Assembly (NCBI GenBank): GCA_002718655.1
Contig: PBFM01000006.1
Coordinates: 1 to 61,310 of the forward strand
Reading direction: 5' to 3'
From: Fidelibacterota bacterium
GTDB taxonomy: Bacteria > Fidelibacterota > Marinisomatia > Marinisomatales > UBA1611
Length of the DNA: 61,310 bases
Shown here: positions 35,586 to 44,911 of the stretch, piece by piece
Layout: each line of letters starts with the position of its first letter
Position numbering within the stretch: the first letter of the stretch is position 1
Translations under genes and position numbers: made by a program
Notes under the pieces: generated by a model
The model's database searches: none
Seen by the model: the letters and a program-made list of their open reading frames with translations, nothing else
Told to the model about the DNA's origin: nothing

Positions 35586-36077
35586 ATGGAAAAAAAATCA
35601 ATTACAATAAATATTAATGGTAGTCCAAGAACGGGAGAGGTAGAAGATCGACTTCTTCTAGTCCACTTTATAAGAGATGATTGCGCATTAACTGGTACGC
35701 ATATTGGATGCGATTCTACACATTGCGGTGCTTGTACGGTTTTACTTGATGGTACGGCAGTAAAGTCTTGTACTGTCTTAGCAGTGCAAGCAGATGGAAG
35801 AGAAGTTGCAACGATTGAGGGAATGGAAGGTGAAGCTTTACATCCTCTTCAAGAAGGCTTTTTTGAAGAACATGGTTTACAGTGTGGTTTTTGCACTCCC
35901 GGTATGATCATGTCAGCAAAACATTTACTGGATAATAATCCAAAACCGAGCGAGGAGGAGATTAGATGTGGTATATCAGGAAATCTTTGTAGATGTACTG
36001 GATATCAAAACATTGTAAAATCGGTGCAATATGCATCAAATAAACTTCAATCGTCTGAATCAGCAGGAGGCAAATAA
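35586..36077 (+). CDS. coxS: Aerobic CO dehydrogenase small ([2Fe-2S]) subunit
   Basis: [26 protein letters not shown] and NLCRCTGY motifs. Confidence 0.9.
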   Translation: MEKKSITININGSPRTGEVEDRLLLVHFIRDDCALTGTHIGCDSTHCGACTVLLDGTAVKSCTVLAVQADGREVATIEGMEGEALHPLQEGFFEEHGLQCGFCTPGMIMSAKHLLDNNPKPSEEEIRCGISGNLCRCTGYQNIVKSVQYASNKLQSSESAGGK

Positions 36078-38443
36078 TGTCAAAATGTAAAACATCGCCT
36101 GAAGTAGGAGGAATGGGTCACTCCGTAAAAAGAAAAGAAGATGCTAGATTTATTAGAGGACAAGGAACTTACGTCGATGATGTAGTTCGTCCAGGAATGG
36201 TTTATATGGATATTGTAAGAAGTCCATATGCTCATGCAAAAATCAAAAGTATTAATACAGAGAAGGCACTTGCTCATCCAGGAGTTGCTGCCGTGATAAC
36301 TGGTGAAACTCTTAAAGAATATAATTTACATATGATGCCAACGCTTATGTCTGATACTCAAATGGTTCTTCCCATTGACAAGGTATGTTATCAATCTCAA
36401 GAAGTTGCTGCAGTCATTGGCACTGACAGATATAGTGTGGCAGATGGTATTGAACTTGTAGAAGTAGAGTACGAACCATTACCGGTAGTTGTTGACCCTT
36501 TCAAGGCAACAGATTCAGATGCTCCAATTATTAGAGATGATAAGGAAGGACAAGAATCAAATCATATTTGGCATTGGGAAGAGGGAGATAAAGCTGCAAC
36601 AGAAGAGATATTTAATAATTCTGATGTTGTTGTAAAAGAACGTATTTATATACCGAGAATTCATGTAGCATCAATAGAAACATGTGGTTGTGTATCTGAG
36701 TTCGATAAAGCAACTGGACAATTAACTGTTTGGATGACCACTCAAGCACCACATGCCATACGTACTGTTTTGGCATTAGTTGCTGGACATGTTGGTTTGC
36801 AAGAAGATAAAATACGAGTTATTTCTCCAGATATTGGTGGTGGATTTGGTGGAAAAGTGCCCGTATATCCTGGATATGTTATAGCCATAGCTGCGTCTGT
36901 TGTGACAGGATTACCTGTCAAATGGATAGAAGACCGCCGTGAAAACCTTCAGGCCGATTCATTTGCAAGAGATTATCATATGGATTGTGAGATAGCTGCA
37001 GATAAAGATGGCACATTAAATGGCTTAAGAATAAAAACCCTTGCCGATAATGGATATGCTGATGCAGCTGCGAATCCTTCAAAATATCCTGCTGGAATGT
37101 TCTCCATATGTACTGGGTCCTATGATTTTAAAAATGCATTTGTTGAGGTTGATGGTGTTTATACTAATAAACCACCTGGCGGTGTTGCATATCGTTGTTC
37201 TTTTCGCGTTACAGAAGCAGTTCATGCGATTGAAAGAATGGTAGATATGGTTGCAGATGAGATAATGATGGATGCAGCTGAATTAAGAATGAAAAATTTC
37301 ATTCCAAAAGATGCTTTCCCCTATCATTCACCAACAGGATGGGAATACGATAGTGGTGATTATCATGCCGCACTGCAACTTGCAATGGATAACATTGGCT
37401 ATGATGAATTGTTAAAAGAACAAAAAGAAAAACGTGAACGTGGTGAATTTATGGGTATTGGTATTTGCTCATTTACTGAAGTTGTTGGTGCAGGCCCTTC
37501 AAAAGATTTTGATATATTAGGCATCAAAATGTTTGATAGCTCTGAGATACGAATTCACCCTACTGGAAAAGCCATCGCACGCTTTGGAACTAAATCGCAG
37601 GGTCAGGGACATGAGACAACATATGCCCAGATTATTGCAGAGGAGCTAGGTATTCCTTTTACGGATGTTTCAGTTGAAGAAGGAGATACAGACACGGCGC
37701 CATATGGTTTAGGTACTTATGCTAGCAGGTCTACTCCCACGGCTGGAGCTGCTGCGGCAATGGCATGTAGAAAAATTAAAGCAAAAGCGAAAAAAATTGC
37801 AGCACATTTACTAGAAACATCTGAAGAAGATCTAGAATGGGAAGTTGGTAAATTCTCAGTGAAAGGGGTTCCGGACAAGGCAGTTACAATACAGGACATA
37901 GCTTTTGCAGCATATACTAATCATCCACAAGGATTAGAAGCTGGTCTTGAAGCAACCCATTACTATGATCCTCCTAATTTGACTTTTCCCTTTGGTAGCT
38001 ATATTGCTGTAGTCGATATTGATTCAGGCACTGGTGAGGTAAAAGTTCGTAGGTTTATGGCAGTAGATGACTGTGGGAATATCATCAATCCTATGATTGT
38101 GGAGGGACAAATACATGGAGGATTGACTCAAGGACTTGCTCCTGCACTTTATGAAGAAATAAGTTATGATGATGAAGGGAATATAACTGGAGGTAGCTTT
38201 ATGGAATACCTTGTGCCTACCGCAGTCGAGACACCTCACTGGGAGACAGATAAGACCATCACTCCATCACCCCATCACCCCATCGGTGCTAAGGGAGTTG
38301 GTGAATCTCCTACAGTAGGCGCTCCACCTGCAATTGTTAATGCGGTCGTAGATGCTTTATCGCATCTAGGAGTAAAGCATATAGATATACCTATAACTCC
38401 AGAAAAAGTCTGGAGAGCCATACATAAAAATGAGGTGGCTTGA
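36077..38443 (+). CDS. coxL: Aerobic CO dehydrogenase large (molybdopterin) subunit, form I
   Basis: 788 aa. N-terminal GMGHSVKRKEDARFIRGQGTYVDD. Active-site loop GGVAYRCSFR (37184..37207) matches the form I AYXCSFR signature rather than the form II AYRGAGR. Confidence 0.9.
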   Translation: MSKCKTSPEVGGMGHSVKRKEDARFIRGQGTYVDDVVRPGMVYMDIVRSPYAHAKIKSINTEKALAHPGVAAVITGETLKEYNLHMMPTLMSDTQMVLPIDKVCYQSQEVAAVIGTDRYSVADGIELVEVEYEPLPVVVDPFKATDSDAPIIRDDKEGQESNHIWHWEEGDKAATEEIFNNSDVVVKERIYIPRIHVASIETCGCVSEFDKATGQLTVWMTTQAPHAIRTVLALVAGHVGLQEDKIRVISPDIGGGFGGKVPVYPGYVIAIAASVVTGLPVKWIEDRRENLQADSFARDYHMDCEIAADKDGTLNGLRIKTLADNGYADAAANPSKYPAGMFSICTGSYDFKNAFVEVDGVYTNKPPGGVAYRCSFRVTEAVHAIERMVDMVADEIMMDAAELRMKNFIPKDAFPYHSPTGWEYDSGDYHAALQLAMDNIGYDELLKEQKEKRERGEFMGIGICSFTEVVGAGPSKDFDILGIKMFDSSEIRIHPTGKAIARFGTKSQGQGHETTYAQIIAEELGIPFTDVSVEEGDTDTAPYGLGTYASRSTPTAGAAAAMACRKIKAKAKKIAAHLLETSEEDLEWEVGKFSVKGVPDKAVTIQDIAFAAYTNHPQGLEAGLEATHYYDPPNLTFPFGSYIAVVDIDSGTGEVKVRRFMAVDDCGNIINPMIVEGQIHGGLTQGLAPALYEEISYDDEGNITGGSFMEYLVPTAVETPHWETDKTITPSPHHPIGAKGVGESPTVGAPPAIVNAVVDALSHLGVKHIDIPITPEKVWRAIHKNEVA

Positions 38444-38465
38444 AAAGCAATTTGAGGATTAAAGA

Positions 38466-39044
38466 ATGAAAGTTGAAATATCAAAAACATTTGACGTTAA
38501 TGCACCCTCAAAGGATGTTTGGGATTTTATGACCGATGTAAAGAAGGTATCTACGTGCATTCCAGGTGCAGAGTACCTAGAGGATTTAGGTGATAATCGA
38601 CATTCTGTATTACTTGTTGTTAAAGTTGGTCCAATAAAATCTAAATACCGTGGCGAAGTGTATCTAAAGAATATTGATGAAGAAAAACAGATTATTGAAA
38701 TTGAAGGTAAAGGTACAGATATTAAAGGTAAGGGTGGAGCGAATATGGAATTAAACGGTGCTATAGTTGCAAAAGAAGATAATCTAACAGAGGTCGTCGG
38801 AGATTCTACAGTTACCATCCAAGGAATGTTAGCACAATTCGGGTCAAGAATGGTTGAAGATGTTTCTAATCAACTATTTTTACAGTTTACCAAATCCTTA
38901 TCATCAAAACTTGAAGGAACTGAAGAAAATAAAGACGTAAATGATTCAGAAGATAACACCTTAAGTGGGATGGCTGTTGCTTCTGCTGCCTTGAGGGGAG
39001 TTTCAGGTAGATTGATGGACAAGATAAAGGGTAAAGACGAATAA
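38466..39044 (+). CDS. coxG: CoxG-like SRPBCC family protein
   Basis: 192 aa. MKVEISKTFDVNAPSKDVWDFMTDVKKVSTCIPGAE is typical of CO dehydrogenase subunit G. Position directly after coxL. Confidence 0.75.
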   Translation: MKVEISKTFDVNAPSKDVWDFMTDVKKVSTCIPGAEYLEDLGDNRHSVLLVVKVGPIKSKYRGEVYLKNIDEEKQIIEIEGKGTDIKGKGGANMELNGAIVAKEDNLTEVVGDSTVTIQGMLAQFGSRMVEDVSNQLFLQFTKSLSSKLEGTEENKDVNDSEDNTLSGMAVASAALRGVSGRLMDKIKGKDE

Positions 39045-39066
39045 TCAAGGTTTCTCTATATCCCAA

Positions 39067-40014
39067 ATGACATTTGATTGGATTAAACGAGCATCTCAGC
39101 TTCAAGAGGATGGTCATCCTTTTGCAATTGCGACTGTAATTAACACGGTTGCACCTACCTCAGCTAAGCCAATGTCAAAGGCAATAATACATGATGACGG
39201 AAAGCTTGAGGGTTGGATAGGAGGTGGCTGCTCCATAAATACGGTTATCAGTGAGGGTTTGAAATGTATAAAAAGTGGAAAATCTATCATTTTAAGACTG
39301 AGTCCTGAAAAAATATCTGATGATAAAATCACTTATAAAAAAGAAGTTTTCTTAACATGTGAAAGTGGAGGAACCCTTGAATTTCATATTGAACCAGTTT
39401 TACCTATGACAAAATTGATAATTTATGGTAATACTCCAACTGCCCATGCACTTGCAAATATGGGTAGTTTTTTAAATTATGAATGCAACCTATGTTCACC
39501 TGGGATTAGTTCAGATATTGACTTATCTAGGAATATAAAAATTCATAATAGTTATAAAACTTTTTCAGGTAACTGTGTTATAGTTGTTGCTAGTCAAGGT
39601 GAAAATGACATTCAAGCACTCAAGTCTGCTATCGGATCTAAACCAAAATATGTTTCTATGATCATAAGTAAGAAAAAAGCCTCCAGTATCATGAAGCAGT
39701 TAGAAAAGAATGGACTTAATAAAGAAGAAATATCAAAAGTCAAATTTCCAGCAGGGGTTGATATTAATGCTAAAACGCCAGAAGAGATTGCTATTTCAAT
39801 TTTAGCAGAGCTAATCAATGATAGAAACTCAGAAGATGATCATGAGGCCGTAATTTTGGAAGTCAATGACAGCGAAATAGATCCAATCTGTAAGATGAAT
39901 GTTGACCCAAAAAATGCTGCAGATTCATATAAGTTTGATGGGAATATGTATTACTTTTGTTGTTCGGGTTGTAAAGAAAAATTCGCATTAGAACCTCTTG
40001 TCTATATAGATTGA
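39067..40014 (+). CDS. XdhC/CoxF/CoxI-family maturation protein with C-terminal YHS (TRASH-like) metal-binding domain
   Basis: N-terminal XdhC_CoxI-type FAIATVINTVAPTSAKPMSKAII...GWIGGGC, a Rossmann-like middle, and a C-terminal DPICKMNVDPKNAADSYKFDGNMYYFCCSGCKEKF (about 39880..40014). Confidence 0.75.
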   Translation: MTFDWIKRASQLQEDGHPFAIATVINTVAPTSAKPMSKAIIHDDGKLEGWIGGGCSINTVISEGLKCIKSGKSIILRLSPEKISDDKITYKKEVFLTCESGGTLEFHIEPVLPMTKLIIYGNTPTAHALANMGSFLNYECNLCSPGISSDIDLSRNIKIHNSYKTFSGNCVIVVASQGENDIQALKSAIGSKPKYVSMIISKKKASSIMKQLEKNGLNKEEISKVKFPAGVDINAKTPEEIAISILAELINDRNSEDDHEAVILEVNDSEIDPICKMNVDPKNAADSYKFDGNMYYFCCSGCKEKFALEPLVYID

Positions 40015-40048
40015 AAATTAAATATTCATAATCTTCGGGTAATTCATA

Positions 40049-40963
40049 ATGAAAAATATTGATTTTAAACGAGTCGATGATGTACAACATCATTTAGATG
40101 AACAGCAATATATTGCTAATAGGGAATTAAGTACATCTCTATTTTTAGCATTAAAAATGAAAAAACCTATTTTCCTTGAAGGAGAGCCAGGTGTAGGGAA
40201 GACGGAAATAGCAAAAGTTTTATCTAAAATCATGGATACTAAGCTTATTAGGTTACAGTGCTATGAGGGTTTAGATGTTCATAATGCAATATATGAGTGG
40301 AATTATTCTAGACAAATACTACAAATTAGGATGATGGAGGTTGAAGGTAATCACGATAAAGAAAAAATATCAAATGAGATTTTTGGATCAGAATTTTTAA
40401 TTAAACGACCTTTATTTGAAGCCATAGACTTTGGGAATGATTCTACACCTGTTTTATTAATCGATGAATTAGATAGGGCTGATGAGGAGTTTGAAGCATT
40501 TTTATTAGAAATATTATCAGATTACCAAATTTCAATTCCTGAGATTGGTACCATAAAAGCTGATAATCCACCAATTGTTGTAATAACTTCAAATCGTACA
40601 CGTGAAGTACATGATGCTTTAAAAAGAAGATGTCTCTACCATTGGATAGGATATCCTTCATCTAAACAAGAATTTGAGATAATTAAGCGACGAATACCAG
40701 AACTCAGTGAGAAATTGGGTAAGCAGATTATTTCCTTTGTACAAGCTTTAAGACAAAAAGAATTTTATAAATTACCAGGTATTGCTGAAACACTAGACTG
40801 GGCAACTGCATTATTGAAATTAGGTACCACAGAATTATCTGAGGAGATCACCAAAGATACTTTAGGGACATTGTTAAAGTATCAAGATGACATAGAACGG
40901 ATGGACAGTCAAATGACACACGGGCTGGTCCAAAAAGCTATTTCAGATGTTAATTTAATTTAA
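40049..40963 (+). CDS. coxD: MoxR-like AAA+ ATPase CoxD
   Basis: Walker A GEPGVGKTEIAK, Walker B LLIDELDRA. 304 aa. Followed by a VWA protein. Confidence 0.85.
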   Translation: MKNIDFKRVDDVQHHLDEQQYIANRELSTSLFLALKMKKPIFLEGEPGVGKTEIAKVLSKIMDTKLIRLQCYEGLDVHNAIYEWNYSRQILQIRMMEVEGNHDKEKISNEIFGSEFLIKRPLFEAIDFGNDSTPVLLIDELDRADEEFEAFLLEILSDYQISIPEIGTIKADNPPIVVITSNRTREVHDALKRRCLYHWIGYPSSKQEFEIIKRRIPELSEKLGKQIISFVQALRQKEFYKLPGIAETLDWATALLKLGTTELSEEITKDTLGTLLKYQDDIERMDSQMTHGLVQKAISDVNLI

Positions 40964-40970
40964 TTATAAT

Positions 40971-42173
40971 TTGAATTATAACATTTCACCTAAGCTAGAA
41001 AATGCTATTACAGTTTTCGGTCGTTTCCTTAGGCAAGCAGGTTGTTCGCTAGGGACAGGACAAATAATGGAATCTATAAGAGCTGTCAGTTTCATAGAGA
41101 TTGAAGCAAGAGAAGATTTTCGCCAAGCTTTGAAATCATGTTTGATTAGTGATTATAAATTGACACCCTTGTTTGATCAATTATTTGATATCTATTGGCG
41201 TAACCCAGATAAGATTGAGAATGTATCCAATATGTTAAAAAGATTAAATGAATCTAATTCAAAAGAATATAAAAAAGATTTCATTAGAGAAAATATTGAA
41301 GATATTTACAAGAAGAAATACCTTGAAAATTCTGACTCAAATCAAATAGAAAATAGCTCGGATGATGTTGATGTTCATTTATTTAGCCCTTTTGAGCAGT
41401 TAAAGGAAAAAAGATTTGATCATTATTCAGATGAAGAACTTGACCAAGCAAAAAAAATCTTACAGAGGAGGAACTGGTCGATTCCTACGCGAAAATTAAG
41501 AAGATACAGGCCGGGAAAATTTTCAAATAAAATTGACATAAGAAATACAATAAGGGATAATATCTTTCCTTCTCAGGACTTCATTTGTTTAAGCTGGAAG
41601 CAATTCAAGGTGAAAGAGAGACCTCTGGTTGTTTTAATGGATATAAGTGCCTCAATGGATATGTATACGAGGGTTCTTATTCATTTTATTCATGTTTTGT
41701 ATTCAAGTGGAAAAAAAATAGAATCATTCACATTTGGAACAAGACTTACCAGAATTACTCAACATCTTAGATATAAAAATGTAAATGATTCAATTAAAAT
41801 CATAAATAGTTTAGTAAAAGACTGGTCTGGTGGAACAAAGATAGGAGAAACAATAGGACAATTCAACCTTCAATGGGCTCGAAGAGTGTTGGGCAATGGT
41901 GCTATTGTGTTAATAATTACTGATGGATGGGATACAGGAAATAATCAGCTGTTGGATAGAGAATTTGGTCGTTTGCATAGAAGCTGTCGAAAATTAATAT
42001 GGTTAAATCCAAATCTTGGTTATCAAGATTTTGAACCAATCACATCAGGCGTGCAGATCATAATGAAGCACATAGATGAATTTTTACCTATCCATAATCT
42101 TAAATGTTTGGAAGATTTGGATGATGTATTTGCATCATTTAAGAGTCCAAAAAAAGTTTGGCCCTCTGCATGA
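40971..42173 (+). CDS. coxE: VWA-domain protein CoxE
   Basis: 400 aa, TTG start. MIDAS-like VVLMDISASM, C-terminal ITDGWDTG...LIWLNP. Confidence 0.8.
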   Translation: MNYNISPKLENAITVFGRFLRQAGCSLGTGQIMESIRAVSFIEIEAREDFRQALKSCLISDYKLTPLFDQLFDIYWRNPDKIENVSNMLKRLNESNSKEYKKDFIRENIEDIYKKKYLENSDSNQIENSSDDVDVHLFSPFEQLKEKRFDHYSDEELDQAKKILQRRNWSIPTRKLRRYRPGKFSNKIDIRNTIRDNIFPSQDFICLSWKQFKVKERPLVVLMDISASMDMYTRVLIHFIHVLYSSGKKIESFTFGTRLTRITQHLRYKNVNDSIKIINSLVKDWSGGTKIGETIGQFNLQWARRVLGNGAIVLIITDGWDTGNNQLLDREFGRLHRSCRKLIWLNPNLGYQDFEPITSGVQIIMKHIDEFLPIHNLKCLEDLDDVFASFKSPKKVWPSA

Positions 42174-42781
42174 AAGTATCCGCAACCATATTAGCAGCAG
42201 GTGGTTCAAAGAGGATGGGCAATGATAACAAATTATTACTTTTAGTTAATGAAAAACCTATCATTTATAAAGTCTGCAACGTGGTTTTAGAATCAAATTT
42301 TAATCAGGTAATCTTAGTGACAGGATATCAAAGTCATAAACTAGTAAAAGTCTTACCAAAAGGAATAAAAAATATTGTTTATAATGAAAATTGGGAGGAT
42401 GGTATGATGAGTTCCATTAATATTGGAATGTCAAAATTGGATGATGAGATTGATGGTAATATGATAATACTGGGGGATATGCCATTAATTCAGACTTCAA
42501 CAATAAATAAATTAATAGATCAATTCAAAATATATGATGGCAACCATATTATATATCCCTTATATAATGGTAAACAGGCTAACCCTGTACTATTTCCAAA
42601 AAAATACTTTTCTAAAATTTTGAATTCCACTGGTCAAAAAGGATGTAAGAAAGTTTTAAAAAAATATCCTGAGGACGCTGTTGGTATTCAATGTAATTCA
42701 GATGAAGTCATAGTTGATTGCGACAATAGAGATGATTATTTTTCAATCAAGAAGAAATTATTAAATAATGTCCAGACATAA
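42170..42781 (+). CDS. mocA: Molybdenum cofactor cytidylyltransferase-like nucleotidyltransferase
   Basis: MKVSATILAAGGSKRMG N-terminus from ATG 42170, which forms an ATGA overlap with the coxE stop. ILGDMPLI motif. The track's start at 42158 is a short TTG extension. Confidence 0.75.
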   Translation: MKVSATILAAGGSKRMGNDNKLLLLVNEKPIIYKVCNVVLESNFNQVILVTGYQSHKLVKVLPKGIKNIVYNENWEDGMMSSINIGMSKLDDEIDGNMIILGDMPLIQTSTINKLIDQFKIYDGNHIIYPLYNGKQANPVLFPKKYFSKILNSTGQKGCKKVLKKYPEDAVGIQCNSDEVIVDCDNRDDYFSIKKKLLNNVQT

Positions 42782-43559
42782 AGATTTGTTTCAGACCATA
42801 GCTCAATTAGAACTTGAGGAGACACCCTATGCAATAGCTTCTGTCTTTCAAGTAAATGGATCATCATCAGGTAAAGTAGGCGATAAAGCTATATTTAATG
42901 AAAATGGTAAAAGAATCATTGGTTATATTGGTGGTGGCTGCATAGAAAATCGTGTAGCGGCTACGGCCAAGGAATCATTGATTGATGGGTTACCTAAAAC
43001 CATAGAAATAGACTTAGATAGTGACGAGATGGAAATGGGTATACCTTGCGGAGGATATATGTCAGTAATTGTAGAACCCCAAATGGTTAATAAAACTCTT
43101 TTTATTCGTGGGATGGGTAGTCTAACCGAAACTCTATGTGAAATGGCTTTCCAGTTAAAGTATAAGGTTATTGTACAAACTTCGAATGAAGAGAAAGAAC
43201 GATATCCTAATGCATCTGAGGTCATTACAGATTCACTTGAAATGGATGATATTGATTTTCCAATCGATTATTTTATACTCGCTACCCACCATCGTAATGA
43301 CGACAGAATTAGTTTAGAGGCATTACAAAAGGGAATAAAGTACGTTGGTGTAGTTGCAAGTGCAAAAAAGACAGGAATAATACTAGAATATTTACGTAAG
43401 AATGGATTAACCGAAAAAGAATTAAATCATTTCTATTCTCCAACTGGTCTTGAACTTAATGCGAAAACTCCAGAGCAAATCGCACTTAGCATATTATCAG
43501 AAATGGTTATGTTGGAAAATGGAGGTTCTGGATCACAAAAGAAACAAATTACTGATTAA
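42768..43559 (+). CDS. XdhC/CoxF-family molybdoenzyme maturation protein
   Basis: 263 aa. YAIASVFQVNGSSSGKVGDKAIF...GYIGGGCIENRV and a Rossmann-like second half. Confidence 0.75.
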   Translation: MSRHKDLFQTIAQLELEETPYAIASVFQVNGSSSGKVGDKAIFNENGKRIIGYIGGGCIENRVAATAKESLIDGLPKTIEIDLDSDEMEMGIPCGGYMSVIVEPQMVNKTLFIRGMGSLTETLCEMAFQLKYKVIVQTSNEEKERYPNASEVITDSLEMDDIDFPIDYFILATHHRNDDRISLEALQKGIKYVGVVASAKKTGIILEYLRKNGLTEKELNHFYSPTGLELNAKTPEQIALSILSEMVMLENGGSGSQKKQITD

Positions 43560-43569
43560 AATTGATTTT

Positions 43570-44751
43570 ATGGTCAAACCAATTTATTTGGATAATCAAG
43601 CAACTACACCAATCGATCCGGAGGTAATGGATGCAATGTTGCCTTATTTTAATGAAAAATTTGGTAATTCATCCAGCGTGCATCATTCATATGGTTCTGA
43701 ATCTAATGAGGCAGTAGAAAAAGCTCGTACGATTTTAGCTTCAACTATAAATGCTCAAACAAGGGAAATTATTTTCACTAGTGGAGCAACAGAATCAATT
43801 AATCTTGCAATAAAAGGAGTAGCTGGTAATTATGAACAAAAATACCATATTATTACACAAGCTACTGAACATAGCGCTGTATTAGATACTTATAGAGCGA
43901 TTGAAAAAAAAGGATGGGAGATTACTATCCTTCCTGTTAAATCAAATGGTATGGTTGAACCAAATTTAGTTCGTGACGCGATTCAGAGTGATACTGTATT
44001 GGTTTCTGTAATGCATGCCAACAATGAAATAGGTACTATACAGCCTCTTAAAAAGATTGGGGACATATGTAAAAGAAATAAGATTTTATTTTTTGTAGAT
44101 GCGTGTCAATCCTTTGGGAAATTAAATATAGATGTTAGAGAGATGAATATAGATCTATTGGCAGCTACGGCACACAAGTTATATGGGCCAAAAGGTATTG
44201 GATTTCTCTATGCGAGACAAACTAATCCTAGAGTAAACTTGGAAATGCAGATTGATGGTGGAGGTCATGAGAGAGGTTTTAGATCAGGTACCTTACCAGT
44301 GCCATTAATAGTAGGTTTTGGAAAAGCCATTGATATCAGTTTAAAAACAATGAAAACGGAATATCAATTCTTAAGGAAACTTCGAGATTTATTATATGAT
44401 GGAATTGTCAGCAAGCATTCGGACATAATTTTAAATGGTAGTTTTGAAAATGGTCTACCAAACAATCTAAATCTATGTTTCCCTGAATTAGATTCAGAGA
44501 CAATGATTATGAAAATGAAGGGAATTGCTTGTTCAGCAGGATCAGCCTGTAGCAGTGCGAATTTAGAACCTTCACATGTCATAAAAGCTTTAGGTCGACC
44601 TAATGAATTAGCACTTTCTGCAATTCGTTTTAGCCTTGGAAGATTTAATACAGAAAGAGAAGTTGAAACAGCTATCAAAGAAATAAATCGAGTTGCAGAA
44701 ACCTTAAAATTGAAAAAAATAAAACGAAAAAATAAAAAGATAAACCATTAA
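43570..44751 (+). CDS. Cysteine desulfurase (NifS/IscS class)
   Basis: From ATG 43570: MVKPIYLDNQATTPIDPEVMDAM. PLP-Lys region ATAHKLYGPKGIG, active-site Cys in SAGSACSS. The track's 43450 start is an extension overlapping the previous gene. Confidence 0.85.
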   Translation: MVKPIYLDNQATTPIDPEVMDAMLPYFNEKFGNSSSVHHSYGSESNEAVEKARTILASTINAQTREIIFTSGATESINLAIKGVAGNYEQKYHIITQATEHSAVLDTYRAIEKKGWEITILPVKSNGMVEPNLVRDAIQSDTVLVSVMHANNEIGTIQPLKKIGDICKRNKILFFVDACQSFGKLNIDVREMNIDLLAATAHKLYGPKGIGFLYARQTNPRVNLEMQIDGGGHERGFRSGTLPVPLIVGFGKAIDISLKTMKTEYQFLRKLRDLLYDGIVSKHSDIILNGSFENGLPNNLNLCFPELDSETMIMKMKGIACSAGSACSSANLEPSHVIKALGRPNELALSAIRFSLGRFNTEREVETAIKEINRVAETLKLKKIKRKNKKINH

Positions 44752-44794
44752 ATTAATTCAGAAAACTAAAAAGATTAATTAAAGCAAACATCTT

Positions 44795-44895
44795 TAAGCC
44801 AAAGAGCCTAAGCTATTTCTAATAGTAAGGTTTTAGGCCGATACGGTTTTGATGGAAACATTGGAATCAGCTCCCGATTTCTACCAAAGTGTGGA
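44795..44895 (+). promoter_or_regulatory. Candidate molybdenum-cofactor (Moco) riboswitch in the moaA leader
   Basis: The 160-nt gap before moaA is structured. GCCTAAG...CTATT-tct-AATAG...TTTTAGGC forms a nested hairpin. GATACGG (44840..44846) is partly complementary to CCGATTTC. CTCCCG (44871..44876) and CCAAAGTGT (44884..44892) resemble segments I recall from the E. coli moaA Moco RNA. Not verified by a covariance model. Confidence 0.4.
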
Positions 44896-44911
44896 ATGAA
44901 TTGGAAAAAGA

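Noticed and set aside
38459-38818. 119-aa minus-strand ORF overlapping coxG
   Set aside because: Antisense to the CoxG-like SRPBCC gene. Ser/Pro/Thr-rich, low-complexity translation.
43450-43569. Upstream extension of the cysteine desulfurase ORF (start at 43450)
   Set aside because: It overlaps the previous gene by 110 nt, and the added 40 residues have no counterpart in NifS/IscS proteins. ATG 43570 gives the canonical MVKPIYLDNQATTP N-terminus.
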